Shown here in pieces: positions 8,500-17,741 of a stretch of DNA of 32,000 bases. Both the position numbers and the translations under genes were made by a program. This DNA is from Planctopirus limnophila DSM 3776 (GTDB taxonomy: Bacteria; Planctomycetota; Planctomycetia; Planctomycetales; Planctomycetaceae). A model generated the notes under the pieces. The model made no database searches, was not told where the DNA came from, and saw only the letters and a program-made list of their open reading frames with translations. The stretch covers positions 4,320,001-4,352,000 of the forward strand of contig NC_014148.1 in assembly GCF_000092105.1 (NCBI RefSeq), given 5' to 3'. Position 1 is the stretch's first letter. Every line of letters starts with the position of its first letter.

Positions 8500-9558
8500 T
8501 TAGAACTCACCAAGTTGCTGGCCATCATTACGGGCGCCCAGTCGCTGCCAGGTGGTCAGGTCGATGTTGTCGCTGACAAATCGAACAGTGCCATCAGCCA
8601 GCAGCACATGCACGCCACCTGTGTGATAGCTGCGAGCTGGGACCGAGGCGGGGCCATCGGGAGCGCAGCCAGCGCAGTGTGCCGTCACGTTCGGATAACG
8701 AGAGTTCGGGGGGAACAGAGTATTGAATGTCCCTTGTTCATGCACACCAGCGTTCCAGAAGTCTCCCGTTTCTGAGCGGATGTTGCTTGTTGCAGCCGCT
8801 GCTCGACTGCCCCAGTCATCGACCTGAGCCTGTGTGAGGAATGTTCCGTCCCATCCCGAAGGAATAGCAATTGCCTGACGGAGGTTCGCCAGTGTTCCAA
8901 TCGTTCCGCTGCCTCCAGAAAGAGCCTGTTCACCAGCCAGGATGGTATTCGATGTGCCATCGGTGACACTCGCCATGGTGACGGGCACACGCATGTTGAA
9001 CATCCCGTTGGTTTTCGAGGCGTTGTAGCCACCAGCGACACCATCGTTGAACATGCCGGCGTTAGCCCCCTGACAAACGGGATAGTTGTTTCCCGGGCGG
9101 CGACCTGTGCCATCGGACTTAACGGCGGGATCCGACGGGCAACGGTAGCCAGCTATGGCCTGACGTCCGGGGCTGTTACCAGCGGAGACATTGTGGGCTT
9201 GGCCGGAAGCTGAGGTACTCCACCAGGCATTGGCATTGAAGTTGTAGGTGTTGTAGAGCGGAGTTTGATCAATGAAGGGCAGGATGCCAACATGTGGGCC
9301 GTTCCCGCGCCAGTCTTCGTTACCAGTCGTCGTAGGCCCCAGTTGTGACAAGGCAAACTGGTTGTGGACATCGTGGTAGTTGTGGAAGGCAAGACCTAAC
9401 TGCTTGAGGTTGTTGCGGCACTGTGTCCGCCGTGCTGCTTCCCGGGCTTGTTGAACGGCGGGGAGAAGCAGTGCAATCAGGATGGCGATGATGGCGATGA
9501 CCACCAGCAACTCAATGAGCGTGAAACCTCGACGATAAATAGACGCTGGGAAACGCAT
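8500..9558 (-). CDS. DUF1559 domain protein with prepilin-type N-terminal cleavage/methylation motif
   Basis: Start set at ATG 9558 ([63 protein letters not shown]). The C-terminus carries the H-X9-DG-type motif [16 protein letters not shown]. This is the expanded planctomycete family. The track ORF extends to 9666, but the extra N-terminus has no support. Confidence 0.85.
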   Translation of the reverse strand: MRFPASIYRRGFTLIELLVVIAIIAILIALLLPAVQQAREAARRTQCRNNLKQLGLAFHNYHDVHNQFALSQLGPTTTGNEDWRGNGPHVGILPFIDQTPLYNTYNFNANAWWSTSASGQAHNVSAGNSPGRQAIAGYRCPSDPAVKSDGTGRRPGNNYPVCQGANAGMFNDGVAGGYNASKTNGMFNMRVPVTMASVTDGTSNTILAGEQALSGGSGTIGTLANLRQAIAIPSGWDGTFLTQAQVDDWGSRAAAATSNIRSETGDFWNAGVHEQGTFNTLFPPNSRYPNVTAHCAGCAPDGPASVPARSYHTGGVHVLLADGTVRFVSDNIDLTTWQRLGARNDGQQLGEF

Positions 9559-9898
9559 TGCATTCCTTTCCGAAGATGTGAAGACATGGAAAAAGACTGA
9601 TGGGAAACTTATCACCGATTTCGACCAAGAGTGTCGATGAGATTTGGAAAGGAGATCATTTTTCAAGAACGTCTGTGGAAATGCTCAATCGGAATATCCA
9701 CATGTGATTCTACAGATATGAGGATGCTTCAGTTGAAGGATTATTTCCTGAATTCAAACTGAACTTGTTGAAAACTCTGAATCGAAGCGGAAAGTAAGCT
9801 TTTACAGCCTGACTCTTCGAACTGTTGCAATCATATCGCCCAACATCATTTGACAATCAATGATATGTTCAGGGCAACATCATACGCGTTTTGCAAGT

Positions 9899-10954
9899 TT
9901 AGCGGCGGACTTGAGCAAGGGAGCCGCCGGTGGCGAGGCGTTGGATTTCTGGCACATTGACTAGAGCAAAATCCCCCTCGATCGAATGCTTCAGAAGAGC
10001 AGCCGCAAAGGCAAAATCGAGCACTTCGCGCGGAGCATGGCCCAGCAACAGGCCCCTGATCAACCCGGCGGCCAATGCATCGCCAGTGCCGATCCGATCG
10101 ACGGGCATCAGCTCCTGATTCGCCGTATGAACCACCGAGGCTGGTTCTTCAGAGCTGGTGCGTGTGAGTAACGAAGCGAAGTATCGATGGACGCCCAGAT
10201 TGTTCACTGTGCGATGGGAGTAAAGAATCGCCTTAAGTGAAGTGCGATCTGCCAGAGCACGCAGGCTCAGTTCCCGGCTCTCCGGTGTCGAAAGGCCGGC
10301 CGTCGCTGCGGGAATTCCAAAGAACTGAGTCGCATCCTGTTCACTACCAATGAGGACATCGACCCACGGAATGAGTTCTCGAAAGACTTTCCCCGCCTCT
10401 TCGACCGACCACAGCGCACTGCGATAACCGACATCAAAACTGACAACAATGCCTCGCTCGCGGCACAGCTTGAGAGCTGCCAGAAGTGCAGCTTTGGTCT
10501 CTGCGCCAACTGCGGGGACAGTCCCAGTAAAGTGAAACCAACGGGCCCCATCCAGAAGATCTGGCCAGTGGTACTCCTCGGGTTTCGATTCGGCAAAACT
10601 GCTTCCCGCGCGATCGTAAAGAACTTGCGGCCCGCGCAAAGAGGTGCTGCTTTCGACGAAAAAGATGCCCAGCCGCTTCCCGCCGCGAATGACGTGACTG
10701 GTATCGACTCCATAAGCCTGGTAGGCCTTGAGGCAGGCGGCACCAAGTTCGTGTGCCGGAACTTTACTGACCAACCGGGCAGGTAATCCCCAATAGGAAA
10801 GAGCCACAGCCACGTTGGCTTCACCACCCGCATACGAGGCGAGGAATTGATCGGCCTGGATGAAACGTTTGTTGCCAGGTGTATCGAGGCGGAGCAGTGC
10901 TTCCCCAAAACAGACGATGGGGCCGATGTGTGGAACTTCAAGTGGGGAAGACAT
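9899..10954 (-). CDS. PfkB-family sugar kinase, 2-dehydro-3-deoxygluconokinase-like
   Basis: VCFGEALLRL...YAGGEANVAVAL...GVD is a KDG-kinase-like N-terminus. The C-terminal DRIGTGDALAAG is the PfkB signature 2. It lies 41 nt downstream of the preceding same-strand gene. Confidence 0.8.
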   Translation of the reverse strand: MSSPLEVPHIGPIVCFGEALLRLDTPGNKRFIQADQFLASYAGGEANVAVALSYWGLPARLVSKVPAHELGAACLKAYQAYGVDTSHVIRGGKRLGIFFVESSTSLRGPQVLYDRAGSSFAESKPEEYHWPDLLDGARWFHFTGTVPAVGAETKAALLAALKLCRERGIVVSFDVGYRSALWSVEEAGKVFRELIPWVDVLIGSEQDATQFFGIPAATAGLSTPESRELSLRALADRTSLKAILYSHRTVNNLGVHRYFASLLTRTSSEEPASVVHTANQELMPVDRIGTGDALAAGLIRGLLLGHAPREVLDFAFAAALLKHSIEGDFALVNVPEIQRLATGGSLAQVRR

Positions 10955-10995
10955 GGAACAAGGCTTTGCGAGAACGTGCGAAGAAGGGCGGGTGC

Positions 10996-11874
10996 TTAAA
11001 ACTCGATTTCAATCGTTTGTTTTTCTTTGAGAACCCGCGAGTTCACACGGATTTCATCGCGTAGCAACCGCTCGGCACCAGGCACAAAGATTTTGAGTTG
11101 AACGCCATTATTTTTGACTTTGATACGAGCCGGGGTGTCGGCTTCCTTGATTGCCCTTTGGATAATCAGACGATAGCCGTCGGTTCCAATGACTTCGCCC
11201 GTCAGGTCAGAGCTGGGATAGACTGTCTGATTGGGCGGGAGTTTGATATGCACGATGATGTAGTAATTCTGCCGGGGTTTGGGGTCTTTCGGTTCTGTCC
11301 AGACACTGAAACTCCCTTTGGTAATGGCGAAGCTGGGGACACCGACACTGGGCATGGCAACGCCTTCACCGTCGGGGTTATCGCCTGTCCCTTCTTTGGC
11401 GCTGGCTGCGGCATCGAGGGGATCAAATCCGACGGCTGATTGTGTGAGGGCATCAATCGGGGCCATATCAATACGGGCAGCCGGTGTGTTATCGATGGTT
11501 GAAAGGGCTGTATCGAGGATCAATTGATCTTCGGGAGCATTCGCCAATCCCCCAAAAAGCTGCAGCCCTTGAGGCAGATTGGTGCTGAAGAACCAGAACG
11601 AAAGGACAAACAACGCTGCCAGATGTATCAGCAGTGACAGGCCATAAGAGGTCAACGAGTAATTCAACAGCCGGCGGGCCCAGGTTTGATCGTTTAAGGG
11701 TGGTGCAACCCCGGAAAGATCGATGCCAGGAGAGGTCTCCGGCTTATTCGACAATTTTTGTTGTTTCGATTTGAGCCACGCCGGGGCCTGGCTGCCTGCA
11801 GGATGAGAATCCGCACTCGCTGCTGCAGGGAGTGGCGGAACTTGCGCAGGAGTTGTCGCGGGGCCTTGAGACAT
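10996..11874 (-). CDS. hypothetical single-pass membrane protein
   Basis: 292 aa. It has a Pro/Ala-rich N-terminus, one hydrophobic helix (SLLIHLAALFVLSFWFF) and a C-terminal beta-rich domain. I recognise no family. It is probably co-transcribed with the sugar kinase gene. Confidence 0.55.
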   Translation of the reverse strand: MSQGPATTPAQVPPLPAAASADSHPAGSQAPAWLKSKQQKLSNKPETSPGIDLSGVAPPLNDQTWARRLLNYSLTSYGLSLLIHLAALFVLSFWFFSTNLPQGLQLFGGLANAPEDQLILDTALSTIDNTPAARIDMAPIDALTQSAVGFDPLDAAASAKEGTGDNPDGEGVAMPSVGVPSFAITKGSFSVWTEPKDPKPRQNYYIIVHIKLPPNQTVYPSSDLTGEVIGTDGYRLIIQRAIKEADTPARIKVKNNGVQLKIFVPGAERLLRDEIRVNSRVLKEKQTIEIEF

Positions 11875-12288
11875 CTGCAGATTTTGCCGTTCGAAATGCG
11901 ATTGCGGGGATCAATTCATACTAAGCCACTGGACGTTCCGGAACCAAGCCATTTATCGAAACATTGCTGGCAATAAGGTTTATGGTTGCCATGCGCAGGA
12001 AAATCTTGGGCCCTAATGACGAAAATCGCTCCAGAATCTGCGAAAAATATTACCAAATGCTAAGGCTGCCACGGAGCTTACAAAACACCCACATTGACAG
12101 AAGTGGTGATGACAGAGAACGTCACATTCTTCTAGGATAAACCTGAGTCAGCTCCTGAATGTTCTGATCCCTTTCGGCTTTTCTGGTCATCCAGAAGTTC
12201 CACCAAAGTCTGCCTGGCCAGTGGCCGCAAGATCCAGTGAAGACATGATCATCACCACCAGACACCTTCAGAGGCACCGGATCGCCTG

Positions 12289-15200
12289 ATGAAGAGTGAT
12301 GTTCCACCAACAGATCCATCACGACCTTTGGGATCGAACCCCAACGGTGTGATGCCCATGCGCACCGATGAGTCAGTTCAGCCAGAGCACTCGCGACTGA
12401 GTCATTTCCTTTCGAAAGTGACCGGGTCATGTGTCAAAAGACCATGGGCCACAATTGGCATTGCTGCCGTTTCGGTAGTGATCTCTGCACTGATCAGCGT
12501 CGCCTTTCTCCAGTTCAAAACCGATCGATCCGATCTGATCAATCCTTCGGCAGATTTTCATCAGCGATGGATGAAGTATACGCAGAGTTTCGGCGAAGCC
12601 AACGACCTGGTGGTCGTCGTCGAAGGGAAGTCTCCCGAACGGATCAAGCAGTCGCTCGATGAACTGGCGGCCCTGCTCCATCAGGAACCAGAATTCTTCA
12701 GTAATATTTTGTACAAGGTCGAGCCCGGAGAGCTTCGCAGCAAAGGACTGCAATACCTGGCACCCGCCCAACTGGCCATGGGCCTCGAGAGACTGGACGA
12801 GTATCGTCCCATTCTGGCTGGCAACTGGGATCTGGTACGGCTGGAAACTGTCGCACTGATCCTCAAGACGCAACTGGAAAGTGCGACGACGAAAGAGCAG
12901 ATCCACGGATTGCTCCACCATGTGGATCGACTGGTCAGCAGCCTGGCACATGGTGTCGAGAAAGATGGCGAGTTCACCAACCCCTGGCCCGACTTGCTGA
13001 CACTCGACCCGCAGATGAAGGCCCAGGGGAACCAGACGGTTTACCTGATTAATGACGCGGGAACGATGGGGTTTTTGAAAACCTCACCCGTTCAGAAAGA
13101 TGCCGGTTCGTTTGAAGGACACACGCGATCGATTGATCGACTGCGGGAACTGATGTCGGATGTGACATCGAACCTTCCGGAAGTGCAGATGAGCCTGACG
13201 GGTATCCCGGTCCTTGAGAATGACGAAATGCGAAGGTCACAAGCCGACATGGGCTGGGCTTCGATGATCTCGGAAGCCGGTGTGCTGATTCTGATGCTGA
13301 TTTGTTTTCGAGGTGTCAGGCATCCCATCATCGGGATGATCATGCTGGCAGCCGGAACCGCCTGGACGTTTGCCTTCACGACATTAACGATTGGTCATCT
13401 GAATATTCTCTCGATCTCGTTTGTGACAATTCTCATCGGGCTGGGTGTCGATTTTGGGATCCATTTTCTCGCAAGGTACATTCAACATCGCCAACAAGGG
13501 ATGGAGATTCGCTCGGCACTGGTCAATACTTCCGGTCGAGTGGGTGTCAGCATCCTGACGGGGGCGATCACTTCAGCTTTGGCGTTTTTCTGTGCAGCAT
13601 TCACCGATTTTTTGGGTGTTGCTGAACTGGGGCTGATTGCTGGAGCCGGAATTCTGCTCTGTGTGGTGGCGACGTTTACACTCTTGCCGGCCATGCTGGT
13701 GATCTCTGATCGTCATCGATCGGCTGCACAATTACCAACTCCGTTTCAAGGTGAACTTCTTCGCAAGGCGATTCTCCATGCACCCGGAACCGTGGCGAGT
13801 TTTTCAGCCGTGGTCATACTGCTGCTCGTCGTGCAGGTCGTGGATTGGAAAGATGGCCAACTGACGAGCCTGGTGACATACGATCACAATCTGCTCAACC
13901 TGCAGGCGCGAGGATTGGAATCGGTCGAGACGCAGAATCGCATTTTTGCCTCGTCCGATCATTCGTTACTCTTCGCGATCTCGCTGGCAGACTCGCCAGC
14001 TCAGGTGCGAGAACTCAAGGCGAAGTTTGAAGCGCTACCAGAAGTTCGCAAGGTCGAAGAAATCGCGACCAGACTTCCCGATCACTCGGCCGATGAAACC
14101 CGACTCCTTGTTCAAGGGTTTCATGCGCATCTGAAACATCTTCCCGAGAAACTGCCCGCACCCAAGACTTCAAATCCTGGTCGAGTCGGGCATGCCCTGG
14201 ATGATCTCTTTGCCCATCTGAAGAGCCGGCCCGAAGAAAAATCTCTGGCACTTTCACAGAAGCTCGATCAAACGCTCAATCAACTGGCCGAGAAAGAGCT
14301 GCCAGAACAGATGCAGATTTTGAGTGAGTTCCAGTATCGCATGTCCTACGCCTTACTGGCTCAGTTTCAGGCCTTGCGGGCCGCAGCCAACCCGGCACCA
14401 GTCTCTTTGAATGATCTGCCTGCTGAATTGACTTCCCGATTTGTGGCTCAGCCCAAAAATGGGAAAGACCAGTGGCTCTTGCAGGTTTATCCCGCCCAGC
14501 AGATCTGGGATATGGAACCTTTGACGCAGTTTGTGACAGCTGTGCGAAAAGTCGATCCGAATATCACAGGGACACCGCTGCAGAATTTTGAAGCGGCTTT
14601 GCAGATCAAGCACAGTTATGAGATTGCTGCCATGTATGCACTGGCAGTGATTGTGCTGGTGCTGCTGATTGATTTCCTGCCTGGGAAGTTGATCTGGCGT
14701 TGCCTGATCCCAGGGATGCTGTTCGCACTAGGTGTGGGTGTGCTGGCCGTACTTTGCCAGGCAGTCCCTGAACTCTCTGCAAAGTTGCCACTCTGGAGCA
14801 AGCGTTGGCTCTTCGAGAATACACCACTGATTATGGTAGGAACCGCCAGTCTCATAACGATGCTGGCCGCCATGTGGCGATCACCAGGAAGCGTGGGATT
14901 GACGCTTCTCGCGTTGATGCCACCTGTGGTGAGCCTCGCCATGACCTTCGGGATTCTCGTACTTATCAAGATGCCTCTCAACCCGGCGAATCTCATTGTG
15001 CTGCCTTTGATTATCGGGCTGGGTGTCGATAGTGGAGTGCATCTACTTCACGATTTTCGCCATCGCGCACCTGGCCCATACACAGTCACTCCCAGCCTGG
15101 TGAATGCGATTGTGCTGACAGTCACGACGACCATGGTGGGCTTTGGCGCAATGATGATTGCTGCGCACAGGGGGTTGTTCAGCCTCGGGGCTGTCCTGAC

Positions 15201-15426
15201 GATCGGCGTGACTTGCTGCCTGTTCATTTCGCTGGTGCCATTACCCGCGATTCTGGCACTCCTGGCCCGCTTAAGCCCGTCGATTCTGCACGATGCTGAG
15301 CCCGAGATGACGATCGATGTTAATGACGCCGATTTTGGGACACATCCAGTACCGACACTCGCGGACGAAACTGCGACCGACGATGATGAGCCGAGGATCT
15401 TGAAGCATCCAGCTCACGTTGCCTGA
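12289..15426 (+). CDS. MMPL/RND-superfamily transporter, HpnN-like
   Basis: 1045 aa with two 6-TM bundles separated by large soluble loops. MMPL-type motifs are present (ILIGLGVDFGIHFLARY and PLIIGLGVDSGVHLLHDF). The architecture matches the hopanoid-associated HpnN type, but the substrate cannot be inferred from sequence alone. Confidence 0.8.
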   Translation: MKSDVPPTDPSRPLGSNPNGVMPMRTDESVQPEHSRLSHFLSKVTGSCVKRPWATIGIAAVSVVISALISVAFLQFKTDRSDLINPSADFHQRWMKYTQSFGEANDLVVVVEGKSPERIKQSLDELAALLHQEPEFFSNILYKVEPGELRSKGLQYLAPAQLAMGLERLDEYRPILAGNWDLVRLETVALILKTQLESATTKEQIHGLLHHVDRLVSSLAHGVEKDGEFTNPWPDLLTLDPQMKAQGNQTVYLINDAGTMGFLKTSPVQKDAGSFEGHTRSIDRLRELMSDVTSNLPEVQMSLTGIPVLENDEMRRSQADMGWASMISEAGVLILMLICFRGVRHPIIGMIMLAAGTAWTFAFTTLTIGHLNILSISFVTILIGLGVDFGIHFLARYIQHRQQGMEIRSALVNTSGRVGVSILTGAITSALAFFCAAFTDFLGVAELGLIAGAGILLCVVATFTLLPAMLVISDRHRSAAQLPTPFQGELLRKAILHAPGTVASFSAVVILLLVVQVVDWKDGQLTSLVTYDHNLLNLQARGLESVETQNRIFASSDHSLLFAISLADSPAQVRELKAKFEALPEVRKVEEIATRLPDHSADETRLLVQGFHAHLKHLPEKLPAPKTSNPGRVGHALDDLFAHLKSRPEEKSLALSQKLDQTLNQLAEKELPEQMQILSEFQYRMSYALLAQFQALRAAANPAPVSLNDLPAELTSRFVAQPKNGKDQWLLQVYPAQQIWDMEPLTQFVTAVRKVDPNITGTPLQNFEAALQIKHSYEIAAMYALAVIVLVLLIDFLPGKLIWRCLIPGMLFALGVGVLAVLCQAVPELSAKLPLWSKRWLFENTPLIMVGTASLITMLAAMWRSPGSVGLTLLALMPPVVSLAMTFGILVLIKMPLNPANLIVLPLIIGLGVDSGVHLLHDFRHRAPGPYTVTPSLVNAIVLTVTTTMVGFGAMMIAAHRGLFSLGAVLTIGVTCCLFISLVPLPAILALLARLSPSILHDAEPEMTIDVNDADFGTHPVPTLADETATDDDEPRILKHPAHVA

Positions 15427-15464
15427 TGCGTTGCTGATGCCCATGGCGATAGACAGTAGACGGG

Positions 15465-16610
15465 ATGCAAAAGACAAAGTTTCAAAAGCAACTTCTCGCC
15501 TGGTATGCAAAGCATGGTCGCCCGTTGCCGTGGCGAGCCTCACATGATCCTTATTCGATCTGGATCAGTGAGATCATGCTGCAACAGACCACCGTGACCG
15601 CTGTGATCCCTTACTTCGAACGATTCATGGCGAAATTCCCCAGTGTGCAGGCGCTGGCCAGTGCTCCGGAAGAAGAGGTGCTCAAACTGTGGGAGGGGTT
15701 AGGTTACTACTCAAGAGCCCGCAATCTGCATCAGTCTGCCCGAGTGTTGATGGAAAGATACCAAGGGGTTTTTCCGCAAAGTGTCGAGCAATTGCTCGAG
15801 TTGCCCGGGATTGGTCGATATACGGCTGGCGCCATTTCGAGCTTTGCTTTTCGCCTGCCGGCTCCCATTGTCGAAGCCAATACCCAGCGGTTGTATGCCC
15901 GCATTCTGGGATATGATGGCGACTTGAAAAATGCAGCAGGACAAAAAGCCTTATGGGGATTCGCAGAATCGATTGTTTCAGGGAAAGAACCCGATCTGAT
16001 CAATCAGGCCCTCATGGAACTGGGCTCACTTGTTTGTAAACCCATCGACCCCTTGTGCGATCAATGCCCGGTCCAGCAGCATTGCCGCGCATTTCAGGAA
16101 GCAAGGCAAGCCGAGATTCCCCGAGCACAGGCCAGACCAGTCATTACACCGCTGGTTGATGCCACATTGCTGATCGAGTATCAGGGGGAGCTATTTCTCC
16201 GGCAACGCGAGAAGCCTGAGCGATGGGCCGGATTATGGGATTTTCCACGCTATACGCTTTTTGATCCCGAGAATACCAGCGAAGAGTTTCAGAAAGAAAA
16301 AGACGTCTCGACATCAGCACTGGCCTTGTCACTCAAGGCTCGTGTGCAGGAACAATTGGCGGTACATCCAGGCGAAGTCACTGAATTTTCACGGCTGACT
16401 CATGGAGTGACTCGCTATCGCATCACTCTGCATGCCTTTGGCTGCGATCTCTCGGATGGAGTGGCCAGCAGACAAAGCAAAGCACTCTATGAACAGCTCA
16501 AGTCGCATGGCGGGTGGTTTGGGTGTGAATCGCTCGATTCGCTGGCCGTGCCCGTGACCACTCGAAAGCTGGTGAAGCAGTGGCAGAAGCTCAAGAACAT
16601 GATGCGATGA
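15465..16610 (+). CDS. mutY: A/G-specific adenine DNA glycosylase MutY
   Basis: LLAWYAKHGRPLPWR...DPYSIWISEIMLQQTTV...WEGLGYYSRARNLH gives the HhH-GPD domain. A 4Fe-4S loop is present (C-x6-C-x2-C-x5-C: CKPIDPLCDQCPVQQHC). There is a C-terminal NUDIX-like domain. It starts 38 nt after the transporter stop. Confidence 0.9.
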   Translation: MQKTKFQKQLLAWYAKHGRPLPWRASHDPYSIWISEIMLQQTTVTAVIPYFERFMAKFPSVQALASAPEEEVLKLWEGLGYYSRARNLHQSARVLMERYQGVFPQSVEQLLELPGIGRYTAGAISSFAFRLPAPIVEANTQRLYARILGYDGDLKNAAGQKALWGFAESIVSGKEPDLINQALMELGSLVCKPIDPLCDQCPVQQHCRAFQEARQAEIPRAQARPVITPLVDATLLIEYQGELFLRQREKPERWAGLWDFPRYTLFDPENTSEEFQKEKDVSTSALALSLKARVQEQLAVHPGEVTEFSRLTHGVTRYRITLHAFGCDLSDGVASRQSKALYEQLKSHGGWFGCESLDSLAVPVTTRKLVKQWQKLKNMMR

Positions 16611-16650
16611 GCATTTAATAGATATGGCTTTCACGATCTACTTACATTTT

Positions 16651-16686
16651 GTGTGCCATGCTTGCGGCCCGGAGCAAGCATGTTTA
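16651..16686 (+). repeat. REP-like palindromic element, copy C (subfamily 1)
   Basis: GTGTGCCATGCTTGCGGCCCGGAGCAAGCATGTTTA has 9-bp arms and an 8-nt loop. It lies 40 nt downstream of the mutY stop, in the same orientation. Confidence 0.8.
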
Positions 16687-16810
16687 AAAGACTCCCTATG
16701 CAACATAGTTTCTGGAGTAGGTGAGAAGTTCAAGGAATGATTGGTGCATTACGTCGGAACTTCATGCACCCTACGCAAAGTAGAGACCTCATTTCGCACG
16801 ATTATTATTG

Positions 16811-16855
16811 GTAGAAATAGCCAAGCCGCATTCAGCTATGAACCGAATGCGGCTT
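16811..16855 (-). terminator. probable terminator hairpin of the pseudopilin gene
   Basis: Perfect 11-bp stem AAGCCGCATTC (16823-16833) / GAATGCGGCTT (16845-16855). It lies 40 nt past the pilin stop. The minus-strand tail is GGCTATTTCTAC, only moderately U-rich. Confidence 0.5.
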
Positions 16856-16894
16856 ACTTATTTATTGGCTCAGATAAGAAGATGGCTGTCAGTC

Positions 16895-17443
16895 TTACAT
16901 CTTTTCGAGAGCTTTACCGTCAGCACTGTTGCCAGTCGCGTTGGCCTTGATTTCACCAGTCGCAGGATTGTAGATCCAGCCTACTTTTTCGTCGCCAATG
17001 GTTTCGGCCATATCAGGAGTGGCAGCAGCCACGTCGGTCACGATCTTCACGGCCCGTCCGCCGGAATAAGGATTGACTGGCAACTGACCGATCACATACG
17101 GGCCAAATGGATAACCGGCTGTTCCTGGTGCAGCAGTGGTCAGATCGGCCTTGGAGGCCAGAGTGAGTTGTTCCACAATCTTTGTGGGATCTGTCGAGCC
17201 ACTGCCAGGGAACTTGCCATCATGCTGGAACCGGAACATTTGAATCTGGCTGCGCATCAGCGAGAGATTTTGACGCAGCGACGCTTCTTTGGCGTCATCA
17301 GTGGCTGCTGTGAACTGAGGCAACACCGTTGCAGCCAGAATCCCAAGAATCACGACCACGATCAGCACTTCAACGAGTGTGAACCCCTTACGGCGTGATG
17401 ATGTGAGGGGGTTCGACTTCTTGATGCGAGTTCCGACAAACAT
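16895..17443 (-). CDS. prepilin-type pseudopilin/pilin (GspG-like) with a long leader peptide
   Basis: MFVGTRIKKSNPLTSSRRKG/FTLVEVLIVVVILGILAATVLPQF carries the class III signal (G/FTLxE). The following helix DDAKEASLRQNLSLMRSQI is typical of GspG/PulG-like proteins. AGGGAG lies upstream of the ATG. Confidence 0.8.
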   Translation of the reverse strand: MFVGTRIKKSNPLTSSRRKGFTLVEVLIVVVILGILAATVLPQFTAATDDAKEASLRQNLSLMRSQIQMFRFQHDGKFPGSGSTDPTKIVEQLTLASKADLTTAAPGTAGYPFGPYVIGQLPVNPYSGGRAVKIVTDVAAATPDMAETIGDEKVGWIYNPATGEIKANATGNSADGKALEKM

Positions 17444-17460
17444 TGAGCAGCTCCCTATGT

Positions 17461-17488
17461 GGTTCCGAGTGGGTTCCGAGTTTGGTTC
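17461..17488 (-). promoter_or_regulatory. direct repeats in the pseudopilin 5' leader
   Basis: GGTTCCGAGT occurs at 17461-17470 and 17472-17481 (11-nt register), with a half copy GGTTC at 17484-17488. These lie 18-45 nt upstream of the start codon. The function is unknown. Confidence 0.3.
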
Positions 17489-17741
17489 AAGAAAACTTGT
17501 GATAGGTTGCAGAATATGATGCTGCTAACCCCATGTGGACATTACGAAACCTATGTCTCAATTTTGAACTGTCAAGTCTGCTGATGTAAAAAACTATCGA
17601 GAACTCAATGACGATTGATGCTGTCGAATGTTATTGAATTGCCAGAAAGTGCAGTTGATTATCAGAGGTTCATCGATCATATCTCGTGGAGACTTTCTCG
17701 ATAGGCTGATATGAGAAAACTGATCAATGCACTGGGCGTTA

